Shown: positions 1 to 10,760 of the stretch, piece after piece
Layout of the letters: each line of letters begins with the position of its first letter
Position numbering within the stretch: the first letter of the stretch is position 1
NCBI GenBank assembly: GCA_944389045.1
Contig: CALXKW010000001.1
Span: 1 to 47,857, forward strand
DNA from: an uncultured Clostridia bacterium
GTDB taxonomy: Bacteria > Bacillota > Clostridia > Oscillospirales > CAG-272
Direction of reading: 5' to 3'
Length of the DNA: 47,857 nt
Translations under genes and position numbers: made by a program
Notes under the pieces: model-generated
What the model saw: the letters and a program-made list of their open reading frames with translations, nothing else
What the model was told of the DNA's origin: nothing
Database searches by the model: none

Positions 1-327
1 CCGGATGGGAAACTTGCGGCCATGCTGAACAGAAGCAGAGAATAAAAAAAGATCCCGATATTCGGGAAAAAACGGGCGAGTGAATCGGTAAGCGACCGAG
101 AAAGCGGAAAACGGGACGCGGCGGGAAAGGAAAAAGAGTTTTCCGGGAGAGGGGTGAGCGGAAAAGCGGCCATAAGAAAGCCGGTCGGGAAGCGGCTGAG
201 GGGAATTTTACGAACGGGGCGGGAATCTGTTCCCGAAAAAGACAGTTTTCGGCAAAATGACCGATCAAAGGAGCAAAAAAGCCGGCTTTTTCTCTTATAA
301 AGTGCGCCATTTTTTTATTGTCCGGCC

Positions 328-357
328 TTGACAGAACGCGGTGCTCTGTGGTATACT
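328..357 (+). promoter_or_regulatory. sigma-70-type promoter for the pyr operon (TTGACA - 18 nt - TGgTATACT)
   Basis: TTGACA at 328-333. Extended -10 TGgTATACT ends at 357, about 85 nt upstream of the SD-preceded pyrC ATG. Confidence 0.5.
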
Positions 358-441
358 AATGGAAATAAAAAATCCGAAAGCGGGCCGGCCGGTTTGGTGT
401 CATACTGCTTATGTTCGGATGACCGAAGAGGAGAATGGGCG

Positions 442-1644
442 ATGGAAAAAGAAGCGGTGTCGTCGATGGCGGCTATGTCGGTCCAGGAGAAACACAAGCT
501 CCTTTCGGATAACGGGGCGCTTTTTTTCGATTCCCCCGAATATGTGGTTTTACCCGGTTTTTGCGATGTGCATGTGCATTTTCGTGAGCCGGGCTTTTCT
601 TATAAAGAAACGATCCGTACCGGAAGTCTTGCGGCGGCAAGAGGCGGCTATACCGCGGTCTGTACCATGCCGAATCTGAAGCCGGTTCCCGACTCGCCGG
701 AAAACATGCGCCGGCAGACCGAGATCATTCAAAAGGATGCGGCGATCGCCGTCTGTCCCTATGCCGCGATCACCGTGAACGAGGCCGGAGAAGAGCTTTC
801 GGACATGGAGGGGCTTGCGCCGGATGCCGTCGCCTTCTCCGACGACGGGCGGGGGGTTCAGGACGAGGCCGTGATGGAAGAGGCGATGCTCCGGGCCAAG
901 GCGCTCGGCAAGATGATTGTCGCCCACTGCGAGGTCAACGCGCTTTTACGCGGCGGCTACATTCACGACGGGCTTTACGCGCGGGCACACGGCCACCGCG
1001 GCATTTCCTCCGAGAGCGAATACCGTCAGATCGAGCGGGATCTTTCCCTCGCCGAGAAGACCGGCTGCGCCTACCATGTCTGTCATGTCTCGGCCAAGGA
1101 GAGCGTAGCGCGGATCCGTGCCGCCAAAAAAAGAGGCGTGAACGTGACCTGTGAGACGGCGCCGCACTATCTTGTGCTCGACGAGAATAATCTTGAAGAG
1201 GACGGGCGCTTCAAGATGAATCCTCCTTTGCGGGGAAAAGAGGATCGGGAGGCACTGCTCGAAGGGATTCTCGACGGGACAATCGATATGATTGCCACCG
1301 ACCACGCGCCCCATTCGGCCGAGGAGAAGAGCAGGGGACTGGAAAAGAGCGCATTCGGCATTGTAGGGCTGGAGACTGCTTTTCCTCTTCTCTACACGCG
1401 CCTTGTGAGGACCGGCATCCTCACGCTTGACCGCTTGATCGAGCTTCTCTCTTCCGCGCCCCGCCGACGCTTCGGTCTTCCGCCGCATGACGGCTTCTCG
1501 GTCTGGAAGCTTGAAGAAAGCTTCAAGGTCGATCCCGAATGCTTTCTCTCGAAGGGGCGTGCCACGCCCTTTGCGGGTATGAAGCTGTTCGGGGTGAATT
1601 ATCTCACCGTTTGGAACCAAAAGACCGTATACCGGAAGACGTAA
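442..1644 (+). CDS. pyrC: dihydroorotase
   Basis: ORF 328-1644. ATG 442 is preceded by GAGGAG (428-433). Amidohydrolase metal motifs are present: PGFCDVHVHFREPG, YHVCHVS, IATDHAPH. The start is uncertain (466 also possible). Confidence 0.9.
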   Translation: MEKEAVSSMAAMSVQEKHKLLSDNGALFFDSPEYVVLPGFCDVHVHFREPGFSYKETIRTGSLAAARGGYTAVCTMPNLKPVPDSPENMRRQTEIIQKDAAIAVCPYAAITVNEAGEELSDMEGLAPDAVAFSDDGRGVQDEAVMEEAMLRAKALGKMIVAHCEVNALLRGGYIHDGLYARAHGHRGISSESEYRQIERDLSLAEKTGCAYHVCHVSAKESVARIRAAKKRGVNVTCETAPHYLVLDENNLEEDGRFKMNPPLRGKEDREALLEGILDGTIDMIATDHAPHSAEEKSRGLEKSAFGIVGLETAFPLLYTRLVRTGILTLDRLIELLSSAPRRRFGLPPHDGFSVWKLEESFKVDPECFLSKGRATPFAGMKLFGVNYLTVWNQKTVYRKT

Positions 1645-1756
1645 AAAACGCAGAATGGCGCCGTGCGCCGGGATACGGGACGGCAGGAAGACAGACGCTT
1701 GCAGCACACGGACAGCAAAAAGGAATATTTAGATAGATTTTTTTCGGGAGGCTAAC

Positions 1757-4700
1757 ATGGCAAAGAGAACAGACATGAAAAAAATTCTGATCATCGGATC
1801 GGGTCCGATCGTGATCGGACAGGCGGCGGAGTTCGACTATGCCGGCACACAGGCTTGTCTTGCCCTCAAGGAAGAGGGCTACGAGGTGGTGCTGGTCAAC
1901 TCCAATCCTGCCACCATCATGACCGACACCACCATTGCGGACAAGGTCTACATGGAACCGCTGACGCTTGAATACATCGCGAAGATTCTGCGGTACGAGC
2001 GCCCGGACGCCATTCTGCCCGGCATCGGCGGACAGACCGGTCTGAATCTCGCCATGCAGCTTGAAAAGAAGGGCGTTCTCAAGGAATGCCATGTGGAGCT
2101 TCTCGGAACCTCCAGCGAGAGCATCGAGCGGGCCGAGGACCGCGAGCTCTTCAAGGAGCTCTGTCAGTCGATCGGGGAACCTACGATCCCCTCCGAGATC
2201 ACCTACAGCATTGAGGAAGCAAAGGCTGCGGCAAAGCATATCGGCTATCCGGTGGTGCTCCGCCCCGCCTTTACGCTCGGCGGGACGGGCGGCGGGTTCG
2301 CCAACAACGAGGAGGAGCTCGTGGAGATCGGCATGAACGGCTTCCGCCTCTCCCCGGTTCATCAGGTTCTGGTCGAGAAGAGCGTGAAGGGCTACAAGGA
2401 GATCGAGTTTGAAGTCATGCGCGACTCGAACGATCATGCGATCACCATCTGCGGCATGGAGAACGTCGATCCGGTGGGCGTACATACCGGCGACTCGATT
2501 GTGGTGGCGCCCATCATGTCGCTGAACGATCACGATCTGAAGATGCTCAACGACAGCGCCATCAAGATCATCCGCGAGCTGAAGATCGAGGGCGGCTGCA
2601 ACGTGCAGTTCGCGTTGAATCCTACCTCGAGCGAATATTATCTGATCGAAGTCAATCCCCGCGTTTCGCGCTCCTCCGCGCTGGCGTCCAAGGCCAGCGG
2701 CTACCCCATCGCCCGCGTCACTGCCAAGATCGCCGTGGGCATGGCTTTGGAGGAGATCAAGGTGGCGGGCGGTACGGCCGCCATCGAGCCTTCGCTCGAT
2801 TATGTGGTGGCCAAGTTTCCCCGTTTCCCCTTCGATAAATTTACCTCGGCCTCGAACATTCTGGGAACCCAGATGAAGGCGACCGGAGAGGTCATGGGGA
2901 TCGGCTCCAATCTCGAAGAGTGTATGCTCAAGTCGGTTCGTTCGCTGGAGATCGGCGTCTGCCATTTCCATATGGCCAAGTTCGATTCCATGAGCCGGGA
3001 AGAGCTTCTTTCCTATATTTCCGAGTTCCGCTCGGACAACATCTTCGCCATAGCGCAGCTCATGCGGCTGGGAGTTGACGACGCGGTCATCTACGACGTG
3101 ACCCGGATCACGCCCTACTTTCTCGAATCGATCCGCCGGATTGTGAAGATGGAGGAATCGCTTGCGGCCGCGCCGGGCGATCTCTCTCTTCTCCATGCCG
3201 CCAAAAAGATGGGCTTTTCGGACAAGTATATCGGGAAGCTCTGGAAAACCGACGAGCTTACGGTCTGCCGCACCCGGAAGGAGGCGGGAATTGTTCCGGT
3301 CTTCCGTATGGTGGACACGCTTCATACCGGCACCTACATTCCCTATCTCTATTCCTCCTACACCGGCGAGAACGCCTCACTCTTGACCGACAAGAAAAAG
3401 CTGGTGGTTCTCGGCGCGGGACCGATCCGCATCGGGCAGGGGGTGGAATTCGACTATTCTACCGTCCATGCCGTGACGACAATCAAAAATTCCGGCTATG
3501 AGGCCATCATCATCAACAACAACCCGGAGACCGTCTCGACCGACTATACCACGAGCGACAAGCTTTATTTCGAGCCTCTGACCCCGGAAGATGTGATGAA
3601 CATCATCGATTTTGAAAAACCCGAGGGCGTGATCGCCTCGCTCGGAGGCCAGACGGCGATCAATCTCGCCGACCCGCTGATGCGCCGGGGCGTGAAGATT
3701 GTGGGAACCGACTGCGACGCGATCGACCGGGCAGAAAACCGCGATCTTTTCGAAAAGGTTCTGGAAGAGCTCAACATTCCGCAGCCTCAGGGTCAGGCGG
3801 TGACGAAGATCGAGGACGGCGTCAGGGCCGCGGCACGCATCGGCTATCCGGTTCTGGTGCGCCCCTCCTTTGTGCTCGGCGGGCGCGCGATGCAGATCGT
3901 GGCCGACGAGGCGCAGCTTCGCCACTATCTGAAGACCGCCGTTGAAATCGACGAGGACAAGCCGGTTCTTGTGGACAAATACATCAGCGGAAAAGAAGTA
4001 GAGGTGGACGCCATCTGCGACGGGCGCGACGTCTTTGTCCCCGGCATCATGGAGCTGGTGGAGCGGACCGGAATTCACTCGGGCGACTCGATCAGCGTCT
4101 ACCCGACCTTCAGCATTTCGGATAAGGTCAAGGGCACGATTCTCACCTACGCCAAAAAGCTGGGCCTCGGAATCGGCATCGTGGGACTTTATAACATCCA
4201 GTTCATCGTGGACGAGATGGATCGGATCTTCATCATCGAGGTCAACCCCCGTTCCTCCCGGACCGTCCCCTTTCTTTCAAAAGCGACCGGCTTCTCGCTG
4301 GCCGATATCGCCACCGAAGTCATCATGGGCAAGAGCCTGAAGGAGCAGGGAATCTTCGACATCTATCCCGAAGAGCGCAAGCGCTGGTATGTGAAGGTCC
4401 CGGTCTTCTCCTTCAATAAAATCCGGGGCTTGGATGCCTACCTCTCGCCCGAGATGAAGTCGACCGGCGAGGCCATCGGGTATGACGACAAGCTCAACCG
4501 GGCGCTTTACAAGGCGCTTCAGGCGTCGGGTATGCATTTGCAGAATTACGGCACGGTCTTCGCCACCATCGCCGACAAGGACAAAGCGGAGGCGCTTCCC
4601 CTGATCCGCCGCTTCTACGATCTCGGCTTCAACATCGAGGCCACGCAGGGAACGGCATGCTTTTTGAAGGAAAACGGAATCCGTACCCACATTCTCGGCA

Positions 4701-4930
4701 AGATCAGCGAGGGAAGCGAGGAGATTTTCGATTCGTTGCGGCAGGGCCACATCGCCTATGTGATCAATACGAGCGACGTGGGCGCAACCGATCAGATGAG
4801 CGACGGATACAAGATCCGGAAGTACGCCACCGAGAACAACGTGACCATGTTCACCTCGCTCGACACCGTCAAGGTTCTTTTGGACGTGCTGGACGAGACC
4901 ACCCTGCGTATTTCCACCATCGACGCGTGA
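1757..4930 (+). CDS. carB: carbamoyl-phosphate synthase large subunit
   Basis: 1057 aa with two ATP-grasp halves (IIGSGPIVIGQAAEFDYAG and VLGAGPIRIGQGVEFDY) and an MGS-like C-terminus. SD GGGAGG lies upstream. Confidence 0.97.
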   Translation: MAKRTDMKKILIIGSGPIVIGQAAEFDYAGTQACLALKEEGYEVVLVNSNPATIMTDTTIADKVYMEPLTLEYIAKILRYERPDAILPGIGGQTGLNLAMQLEKKGVLKECHVELLGTSSESIERAEDRELFKELCQSIGEPTIPSEITYSIEEAKAAAKHIGYPVVLRPAFTLGGTGGGFANNEEELVEIGMNGFRLSPVHQVLVEKSVKGYKEIEFEVMRDSNDHAITICGMENVDPVGVHTGDSIVVAPIMSLNDHDLKMLNDSAIKIIRELKIEGGCNVQFALNPTSSEYYLIEVNPRVSRSSALASKASGYPIARVTAKIAVGMALEEIKVAGGTAAIEPSLDYVVAKFPRFPFDKFTSASNILGTQMKATGEVMGIGSNLEECMLKSVRSLEIGVCHFHMAKFDSMSREELLSYISEFRSDNIFAIAQLMRLGVDDAVIYDVTRITPYFLESIRRIVKMEESLAAAPGDLSLLHAAKKMGFSDKYIGKLWKTDELTVCRTRKEAGIVPVFRMVDTLHTGTYIPYLYSSYTGENASLLTDKKKLVVLGAGPIRIGQGVEFDYSTVHAVTTIKNSGYEAIIINNNPETVSTDYTTSDKLYFEPLTPEDVMNIIDFEKPEGVIASLGGQTAINLADPLMRRGVKIVGTDCDAIDRAENRDLFEKVLEELNIPQPQGQAVTKIEDGVRAAARIGYPVLVRPSFVLGGRAMQIVADEAQLRHYLKTAVEIDEDKPVLVDKYISGKEVEVDAICDGRDVFVPGIMELVERTGIHSGDSISVYPTFSISDKVKGTILTYAKKLGLGIGIVGLYNIQFIVDEMDRIFIIEVNPRSSRTVPFLSKATGFSLADIATEVIMGKSLKEQGIFDIYPEERKRWYVKVPVFSFNKIRGLDAYLSPEMKSTGEAIGYDDKLNRALYKALQASGMHLQNYGTVFATIADKDKAEALPLIRRFYDLGFNIEATQGTACFLKENGIRTHILGKISEGSEEIFDSLRQGHIAYVINTSDVGATDQMSDGYKIRKYATENNVTMFTSLDTVKVLLDVLDETTLRISTIDA

Positions 4931-4948
4931 CGAAGGCGGAATCGAAAT

Positions 4949-5692
4949 ATGAAACAGGGAATCTTTCGCATTTGCGAAAATAAACCGCTGACCAAAAACG
5001 TCTATTCGATGCGGCTTGCCGGGGATATTTCCGCCGTCACCGCGCCGGGTCAGTTTGTCAACATTCTGCTGGACGGCTTTTTTCTGCGGCGTCCGATCTC
5101 GGTATGCGACATTTCCGAGTCGGAAAACACAATTACTATTTTGTACAAAGTAGTCGGACATGGCACCGAAAAGATGGCGGATCTTCCCGTCGGGGAAACG
5201 CTCGATCTGCTTACGGGGCTCGGCAACGGCTATGATCTCGGCCCCTCCGGCGACCGTCCTCTCCTCCTTGGCGGCGGCGTGGGCGTTCCGCCCCTCTATC
5301 TCTTAGCCAAGCGGCTGTTGGAGGCGGGGAAGAGCGTTACGGCCGTTCTCGGCTTCAACACGCGCGACGAAGTCTTCTATGAGGAAGAATTTCGCCGTCT
5401 GGGCGCATCGGTTCTCGTGACGACGGCGGACGGCTCCTATGGGATTCCGGGCTTTGTCACCGACGCCATGAAAGACCTTTCCTACAGCTATTTTTATACC
5501 TGCGGGCCCGAGCCCATGCTGAAGGCGGTCTTCTTCGCGGCGAAGACCGGCGGACAGTTCAGCTTTGAGGAGCGCATGGGGTGCGGCTTCGGCGCCTGCA
5601 TGGGCTGCTCCTGCAGGACCGTGACCGGCTACAAGCGGATCTGCAAGGAGGGTCCGGTGCTGAAAAAGGAGGAGATCATATGGCAGAGATGA
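4949..5692 (+). CDS. pyrK: dihydroorotate dehydrogenase (class 1B) electron-transfer subunit
   Basis: Ferredoxin-reductase-like fold. C-terminal 2Fe-2S motif MGCGFGACMGCSC. Sits directly upstream of pyrD. Confidence 0.9.
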   Translation: MKQGIFRICENKPLTKNVYSMRLAGDISAVTAPGQFVNILLDGFFLRRPISVCDISESENTITILYKVVGHGTEKMADLPVGETLDLLTGLGNGYDLGPSGDRPLLLGGGVGVPPLYLLAKRLLEAGKSVTAVLGFNTRDEVFYEEEFRRLGASVLVTTADGSYGIPGFVTDAMKDLSYSYFYTCGPEPMLKAVFFAAKTGGQFSFEERMGCGFGACMGCSCRTVTGYKRICKEGPVLKKEEIIWQR

Positions 5693-6606
5693 AGGTTACG
5701 CTCTGCGGCATCACGCTCGATAACCCCGTGATTCCCGCCAGCGGCACGTTCGGCTACGGTTACGAGTTCGCCTCGCTTTACGATATCAACCTGTTGGGTA
5801 CCTTCTCCTTCAAGGGAACCACGCGCGAGCCGCGCTTCGGCAATCCCACGCCCCGCATTGCCGAATGCCCGGCGGGCATGATCAACGCGGTGGGTCTTCA
5901 GAATCCCGGCGTGGAAAAGGTGATTTCCGAGGAGCTTCCGCGTCTGCGCCAATGCTTTTCCAAAAAGGTGATGGCCAATGTCAGCGGTTTTTCGGTGGAG
6001 GATTACGCCTACACCTGCAGTCGGCTGGACGCCTGTGAGGAGATCGGATGGTTCGAGGTCAACGTGAGCTGTCCCAACGTCCACGGAGGCGGGATGAGCT
6101 TCGGGACCTCTCCCGAGGCGGCCGCGGAGGTCACCCGAGCAGTACGCGGCGTGACAAAGAAGCCGGTTATCATCAAGCTTTCTCCCAATGTGACCGACAT
6201 TGTCTCGATCGCCAAGGCCTGTGAGGAGGCCGGGGCGGACGGAATCAGTCTGATCAACACCCTTCTGGGCATGCGGATCAATCTCACGACCCGCAGGCCT
6301 GTCGTCGCCAATACCATGGGCGGCTTTTCGGGCCGCGCCGTCTTTCCCGTGGCCCTTCGCATGGTCTATCAGGTGGCGCAGGCGGTCAGGATTCCCGTGG
6401 TGGGCATGGGCGGCGTCAGCTCCGCCGAGGATGTTCTCGAAATGATGCTGGCGGGCGCCACTGCTGTGGAAGTGGGGGCCGCCAATCTGGTCAACCCGTT
6501 CGCCTGCCGGGACATTCTTTCCGATCTGCCGCGGGTGATGGAAAAATACGGCGTGGAATCGCTTCAGGAAATCATAGGAGGAATCAAGTTATGGGAAGAG
6601 ACGTAA
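5680..6606 (+). CDS. pyrD: dihydroorotate dehydrogenase class 1B catalytic subunit
   Basis: [34 protein letters not shown] and [10 protein letters not shown] motifs. ATG 5680 follows AAGGAGGAG and overlaps the pyrK stop. The ORF-track start 5581 is an in-frame upstream extension. Confidence 0.93.
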   Translation: MAEMKVTLCGITLDNPVIPASGTFGYGYEFASLYDINLLGTFSFKGTTREPRFGNPTPRIAECPAGMINAVGLQNPGVEKVISEELPRLRQCFSKKVMANVSGFSVEDYAYTCSRLDACEEIGWFEVNVSCPNVHGGGMSFGTSPEAAAEVTRAVRGVTKKPVIIKLSPNVTDIVSIAKACEEAGADGISLINTLLGMRINLTTRRPVVANTMGGFSGRAVFPVALRMVYQVAQAVRIPVVGMGGVSSAEDVLEMMLAGATAVEVGAANLVNPFACRDILSDLPRVMEKYGVESLQEIIGGIKLWEET

Positions 6607-7289
6607 TCGTGGCCTGCGATTTTGACAGCGCGGAGAAGACCTTCGCTTTTCTCGACCGTTTTCACGGACGCAAGCCTTTTGTCAAGATCGGTATGGAGCT
6701 CTATTATGCCGAGGGCCCCGCGATCGTCCGGGAGATCAAAAAGAGAGGACACAAGATCTTTCTCGATCTGAAGCTGCACGACATTCCGAACACGGTCAAA
6801 AAGGCCATGGCGGTTCTCTCGCGCCTCGACGTGGATATGTGCAATCTGCACGCGGCCGGAACGAGCCGCATGATGGAGGCGGCGCTTGAGGGGCTTACCC
6901 GGGCGGACGGCTCCCGGCCGCTTCTGATCGCCGTTACGCAGCTGACCTCTACCGACGAGGAGATCATGCGGCGCGAGATTCTTATCGAAAGGCCGATCGA
7001 CGAGGTCGTGATGCGGTATGCGCTTCATGCGAAGAATGCCGGACTTGACGGCGTGGTCTGTTCGCCTCTTGAAGCGGGCAAGGTGCATGAGAGCTGTGGG
7101 AAGGGCTTCTTGACCGTTACCCCCGGCGTTCGCTTTGCCGACGGGGAGATCGGGGACCAGAAGCGGGTGATGACGCCGGCGGAGGCCGCCCGGATCGGTT
7201 CGGATTATATTGTGGTGGGGCGGCCGATCACCGCCGCCGAAGATCCGGTCGCGGCCTATGAGCGCTGTGTGCGGGAATTTGTCGGCTGA
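6591..7289 (+). CDS. pyrF: orotidine-5-phosphate decarboxylase
   Basis: [12 protein letters not shown] and VVGRPIT motifs. Overlaps the pyrD end. Confidence 0.93.
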   Translation: MGRDVIVACDFDSAEKTFAFLDRFHGRKPFVKIGMELYYAEGPAIVREIKKRGHKIFLDLKLHDIPNTVKKAMAVLSRLDVDMCNLHAAGTSRMMEAALEGLTRADGSRPLLIAVTQLTSTDEEIMRREILIERPIDEVVMRYALHAKNAGLDGVVCSPLEAGKVHESCGKGFLTVTPGVRFADGEIGDQKRVMTPAEAARIGSDYIVVGRPITAAEDPVAAYERCVREFVG

Positions 7290-7492
7290 CAGCCGTTTTT
7301 CGCCCGGCTTTTAACCGGACTTTCCTGATTTTACAGACCGGGTGTTGCGCTGCCTGTCGGACGGGGAGCGCGTTGCTGCATGAATAAAGGGAAATACAAG
7401 GCCGTGTCTGTCTATGCGTCGCGGGAAGCGGCCGCGAATCGAAGATAGAATATCATCGAAGATAGGATATCAAAGAAAGGATAAAGATAGCT

Positions 7493-8131
7493 ATGGAAAA
7501 GAAAATTGCAAAGGATCTGCTCTCGATCCGGGCGGTGTTTTTCCGTCCGGAGGAACCTTTCACTTGGGCCAGCGGCATCAAAAGTCCGGTCTACTGCGAC
7601 AACCGGCTGACTCTGACCGCCCCAGCCGTTCGTCTCGATGTGGAGAACGGGCTGGCGGAAATTATCCGCACCGATTATCCCACGGCCGAGGTGCTGATGG
7701 GCACTTCGACCGCCGGCATCGCCCACGCCGCCATCACGGCGCATATTCTGGGACTGCCTATGGGGTACGTCCGTTCGGGCGCAAAGGATCACGGCCGCCA
7801 GAATCAGATCGAGGGCCGTCTTGAGAAGGGGCAGCGGGTGGTCGTTGTGGAGGATCTGATCTCCACCGGCGGAAGCGTGCTCGAAGTGGTGAACGTTCTG
7901 CGCGAGGCGGGCGCGGAAGTACTTGGCATTGCAAGCATCTTTACCTACGGCATGAAAAAGGGAATCGAGAGGCTGGCCGCCGCCGGAGTGACCAACCGGT
8001 CCCTGACCAATTTTGACGTGGTGGCGGCGACCGCCGCCGAGGAAGGCTATATCAGGCCCGAGGACGTCAAGCGTCTGATCGCCTTCCGGGACAATCCTTC
8101 GGACGAGAGCTGGATCGGCAAGACGGTATGA
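7493..8131 (+). CDS. pyrE: orotate phosphoribosyltransferase
   Basis: PRPP-binding loop [13 protein letters not shown]. 212 aa. Confidence 0.93.
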   Translation: MEKKIAKDLLSIRAVFFRPEEPFTWASGIKSPVYCDNRLTLTAPAVRLDVENGLAEIIRTDYPTAEVLMGTSTAGIAHAAITAHILGLPMGYVRSGAKDHGRQNQIEGRLEKGQRVVVVEDLISTGGSVLEVVNVLREAGAEVLGIASIFTYGMKKGIERLAAAGVTNRSLTNFDVVAATAAEEGYIRPEDVKRLIAFRDNPSDESWIGKTV

Positions 8132-9228
8132 GAAGTCTGATCGATATTGAAGATCTTTCGGTCGATGAGCTGAACGAGCTGATCGCCGTTGCCAACGACA
8201 TCGCCGCCCATCCCGAACAGTACGCTGACGCCTGCCGGGGCAAAAAGCTGGCGACGCTCTTCTTCGAACCCTCCACCCGTACCAGACTGAGTTTTGAGGC
8301 GGCGATGATCGAACTGGGCGGAAGCGTCATCGGCTTTTCGGAGGCCAACAGCTCCTCGGCTTCCAAGGGGGAAAGCGTGGCCGACACGGCGCGGGTCATC
8401 AGCTGTTACGCCGACATCATTGCCATGCGTCATCCCAAAGAGGGCGCTCCCTATGTCGCCTCGCAAAACGCCTCGGTGCCGGTCATCAACGCCGGGGACG
8501 GCGGGCACTGCCACCCAACCCAGACCTTGGCCGACCTTCTCACGATTTATCGGGAGAAGGGAAGGCTCTCGCATATGACGGTGGGCTTCTGCGGCGACCT
8601 CAAATACGGCCGAACGGTGCATTCCCTGATTGCCGCGCTTTCGCGTTATCCGGGCGTCGAAGTCGTTCTGATTTCCCCCGAGGAGCTGAAGCTTCCCAGC
8701 TATGTGATCTACGAGACGCTCAATAAAAAGAAGATGGCCTACCGACAGACCGATGATCTCGAGGGGGCGATCCCGTCTCTCGACGTTTTGTATATGACCC
8801 GCGTGCAGCGGGAACGTTTTTCCGACCCTGCTGTCTATGAGCGTCTGAAGGACAGCTATATTCTGACGGTCGAAAAGCTTGCGGGTGCCAAGCCCGATCT
8901 TTCGATCCTGCATCCGCTTCCCCGCGTACACGAGATCAGCGTTCGGGTGGACAAAGACCCCCGCGCCTGCTATTTCAAGCAGGTTATGAACGGAAAACTG
9001 ATGCGCATGGCGCTGATTCTGAAGCTTTTGAACGAGGCCTCGCACGGCCGAAGCGAGTGCGGCCCCGCCGGGGATCTTCTGATCAATCGGGTCAGGTGCC
9101 GCAATCCCCGCTGCATCACCTCCACAGAGCAGGAGCTGGATCAGATCTTCCGATGGACCGAAAAGGAAAACGGGATCTGCCGCTGTCTCTATTGCGAGGC
9201 CAAAGAGATCATTGACGAAAGGAAATAA
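8128..9228 (+). CDS. pyrB: aspartate carbamoyltransferase catalytic chain with fused C-terminal PyrI-type zinc domain
   Basis: [21 protein letters not shown] and HPLPR motifs. The extra roughly 60 aa [15 protein letters not shown]...CRCLYCE matches the CxNxxCI(S/T)...CxYCE zinc domain of the regulatory chain. Confidence 0.92.
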   Translation: MRSLIDIEDLSVDELNELIAVANDIAAHPEQYADACRGKKLATLFFEPSTRTRLSFEAAMIELGGSVIGFSEANSSSASKGESVADTARVISCYADIIAMRHPKEGAPYVASQNASVPVINAGDGGHCHPTQTLADLLTIYREKGRLSHMTVGFCGDLKYGRTVHSLIAALSRYPGVEVVLISPEELKLPSYVIYETLNKKKMAYRQTDDLEGAIPSLDVLYMTRVQRERFSDPAVYERLKDSYILTVEKLAGAKPDLSILHPLPRVHEISVRVDKDPRACYFKQVMNGKLMRMALILKLLNEASHGRSECGPAGDLLINRVRCRNPRCITSTEQELDQIFRWTEKENGICRCLYCEAKEIIDERK

Positions 9229-9235
9229 AGAAAAG

Positions 9236-10741
9236 ATGGCTACCTTTATCAACGAACCCTCCCATACTTTTAACGAATATCTTCTGATTCCGGGATATTC
9301 TTCCGACCGCTGCATTCCCGCGAATGTCAGCCTGAGGACGCCTCTTGTCAAGTATTGTAAGGGAGAAGAGCCGGCGATCTCCATGAACATCCCCATGGTT
9401 TCCGCAATCATGCAGTCGGTCTCGGGCGACCGCCTCGCCGTGGCTCTGGCAACCGAGGGCGGCGTCGCCTTTATTTACGGTTCCCAGTCGGTGGAGGATG
9501 AGGCGGCCATGGTCCGCCGGGCCAAAAACCACAAGGCGGGCTTTGTCATCAGCGATTCGAACATCACGCCCGATGCCACGCTCGCCGACGTGGTGGCGCT
9601 GAAGGAGAAGACCGGGCATTCGACCGTCGCGGTCACCGACGACGGAAGCGCCAACGGCAAGCTTCTCGGAATCGTCACCAGCCGGGACTACCGCGTCAGC
9701 CGCATGTCCTTCGATACGAAGGTGGCCGATTTTATGACGCCCTTCTCCAAGCTGATCTGGGCTAAAGAAGGAACCACCCTCAAGGTGGCCAACGACATCA
9801 TCTGGGACAACAAGCTCAATTCACTGCCGATCATCAACGACGAGGGCCGTCTTTGCTACATGGTCTTCCGCAAGGACTACGACACGCATAAGCAGAACCC
9901 GAACGAGCTGCTCGACGCCTCCAAGCGCTATGTCGTCGGAGCGGGCATCAATACCCGCGACTATGCCGAACGGGTTCCCGCGCTGGTCGAGGCCGGGGCC
10001 GATGTGCTCTGCATCGACTCTTCCGAGGGCTTTTCGGAGTGGCAGAAGCTGACTCTCGCCTGGATCCGCAGCCAATACGGCGACAGCGTGAAGGTGGGCG
10101 CCGGCAATGTGGTGGACGCCAAGGGCTTTCGGTTTCTGGCCGACTGCGGCGCCGATTTCGTCAAGGTCGGCATCGGCGGCGGTTCGATCTGCATCACCCG
10201 CGAGACCAAGGGCATCGGCCGCGGACAGGCCACAGCGCTGATCGACGTCTGCGCCGAGAGAGACCGCTATTTTAAGGAGACCGGCGTCTACATTCCGGTC
10301 TGCTCGGACGGCGGGATTGTCTACGACCATCATATCACTCTGGCACTGGCCATGGGAGCCGATTTTGTCATGCTGGGCCGCTATTTCGCCCGTTTTGACG
10401 AATCGCCTTCGAACCGCGTCAGTATCGGCGGGACCTATTACAAAGAATATTGGGGCGAGGGCTCGGCCCGCGCCCGCAACTGGCAGCGGTATGATCTGGG
10501 CGGCGACAAGAAGCTCTCGTTCGAGGAGGGCGTGGATTCCTATGTGCCGTATGCCGGAAGCTTAAAGGACAATGTGGCCATGTCGCTTGCCAAGGTGCGC
10601 TCTACGATGTGCAACTGCGGTGCTCTGACGATTCCCGAGCTTCAGGAAAAGGCGGTTCTCACGCTTGTCTCCGCCACGAGCATTGTGGAGGGCGGCGCGC
10701 ATGACGTTATCCAGAAAGACAAGGGCAATTTCAATAAATAA
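9236..10741 (+). CDS. guaB: IMP dehydrogenase
   Basis: [21 protein letters not shown]-terminus, a CBS pair, and the catalytic loop [13 protein letters not shown]. The ORF-track TTG 9212 is an alternative start. Confidence 0.93.
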   Translation: MATFINEPSHTFNEYLLIPGYSSDRCIPANVSLRTPLVKYCKGEEPAISMNIPMVSAIMQSVSGDRLAVALATEGGVAFIYGSQSVEDEAAMVRRAKNHKAGFVISDSNITPDATLADVVALKEKTGHSTVAVTDDGSANGKLLGIVTSRDYRVSRMSFDTKVADFMTPFSKLIWAKEGTTLKVANDIIWDNKLNSLPIINDEGRLCYMVFRKDYDTHKQNPNELLDASKRYVVGAGINTRDYAERVPALVEAGADVLCIDSSEGFSEWQKLTLAWIRSQYGDSVKVGAGNVVDAKGFRFLADCGADFVKVGIGGGSICITRETKGIGRGQATALIDVCAERDRYFKETGVYIPVCSDGGIVYDHHITLALAMGADFVMLGRYFARFDESPSNRVSIGGTYYKEYWGEGSARARNWQRYDLGGDKKLSFEEGVDSYVPYAGSLKDNVAMSLAKVRSTMCNCGALTIPELQEKAVLTLVSATSIVEGGAHDVIQKDKGNFNK

Positions 10742-10760
10742 AAGCAAGGAGAACAAAAAT

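Noticed and set aside
1-45. Possible 3' end of an upstream CDS (…PDGKLAAMLNRSRE stop).
   Set aside because: Only 14 codons are visible, too short to support any call.
481-527. PyrR-type attenuator look-alike: UCCAGGAGA followed by a weak hairpin and a T7 run.
   Set aside because: It lies inside the pyrC reading frame, downstream of the best start (ATG 442 with GAGGAG). It matches the PyrR box only partially. The stem is weak and no pyrR gene is in the window.
1604-3325. 573-aa ORF on the - strand antisense to carB. Similar long antisense ORFs occur at 946-1707, 3377-4078, 4277-5161, 6564-7088, 8047-9411 and 9821-10333.
   Set aside because: These are shadow ORFs typical of high-GC coding DNA. 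Their translations are Arg/Gly/His/Ala/Leu-rich with no motifs, and each is fully overlapped by a + strand gene with unambiguous enzyme signatures.
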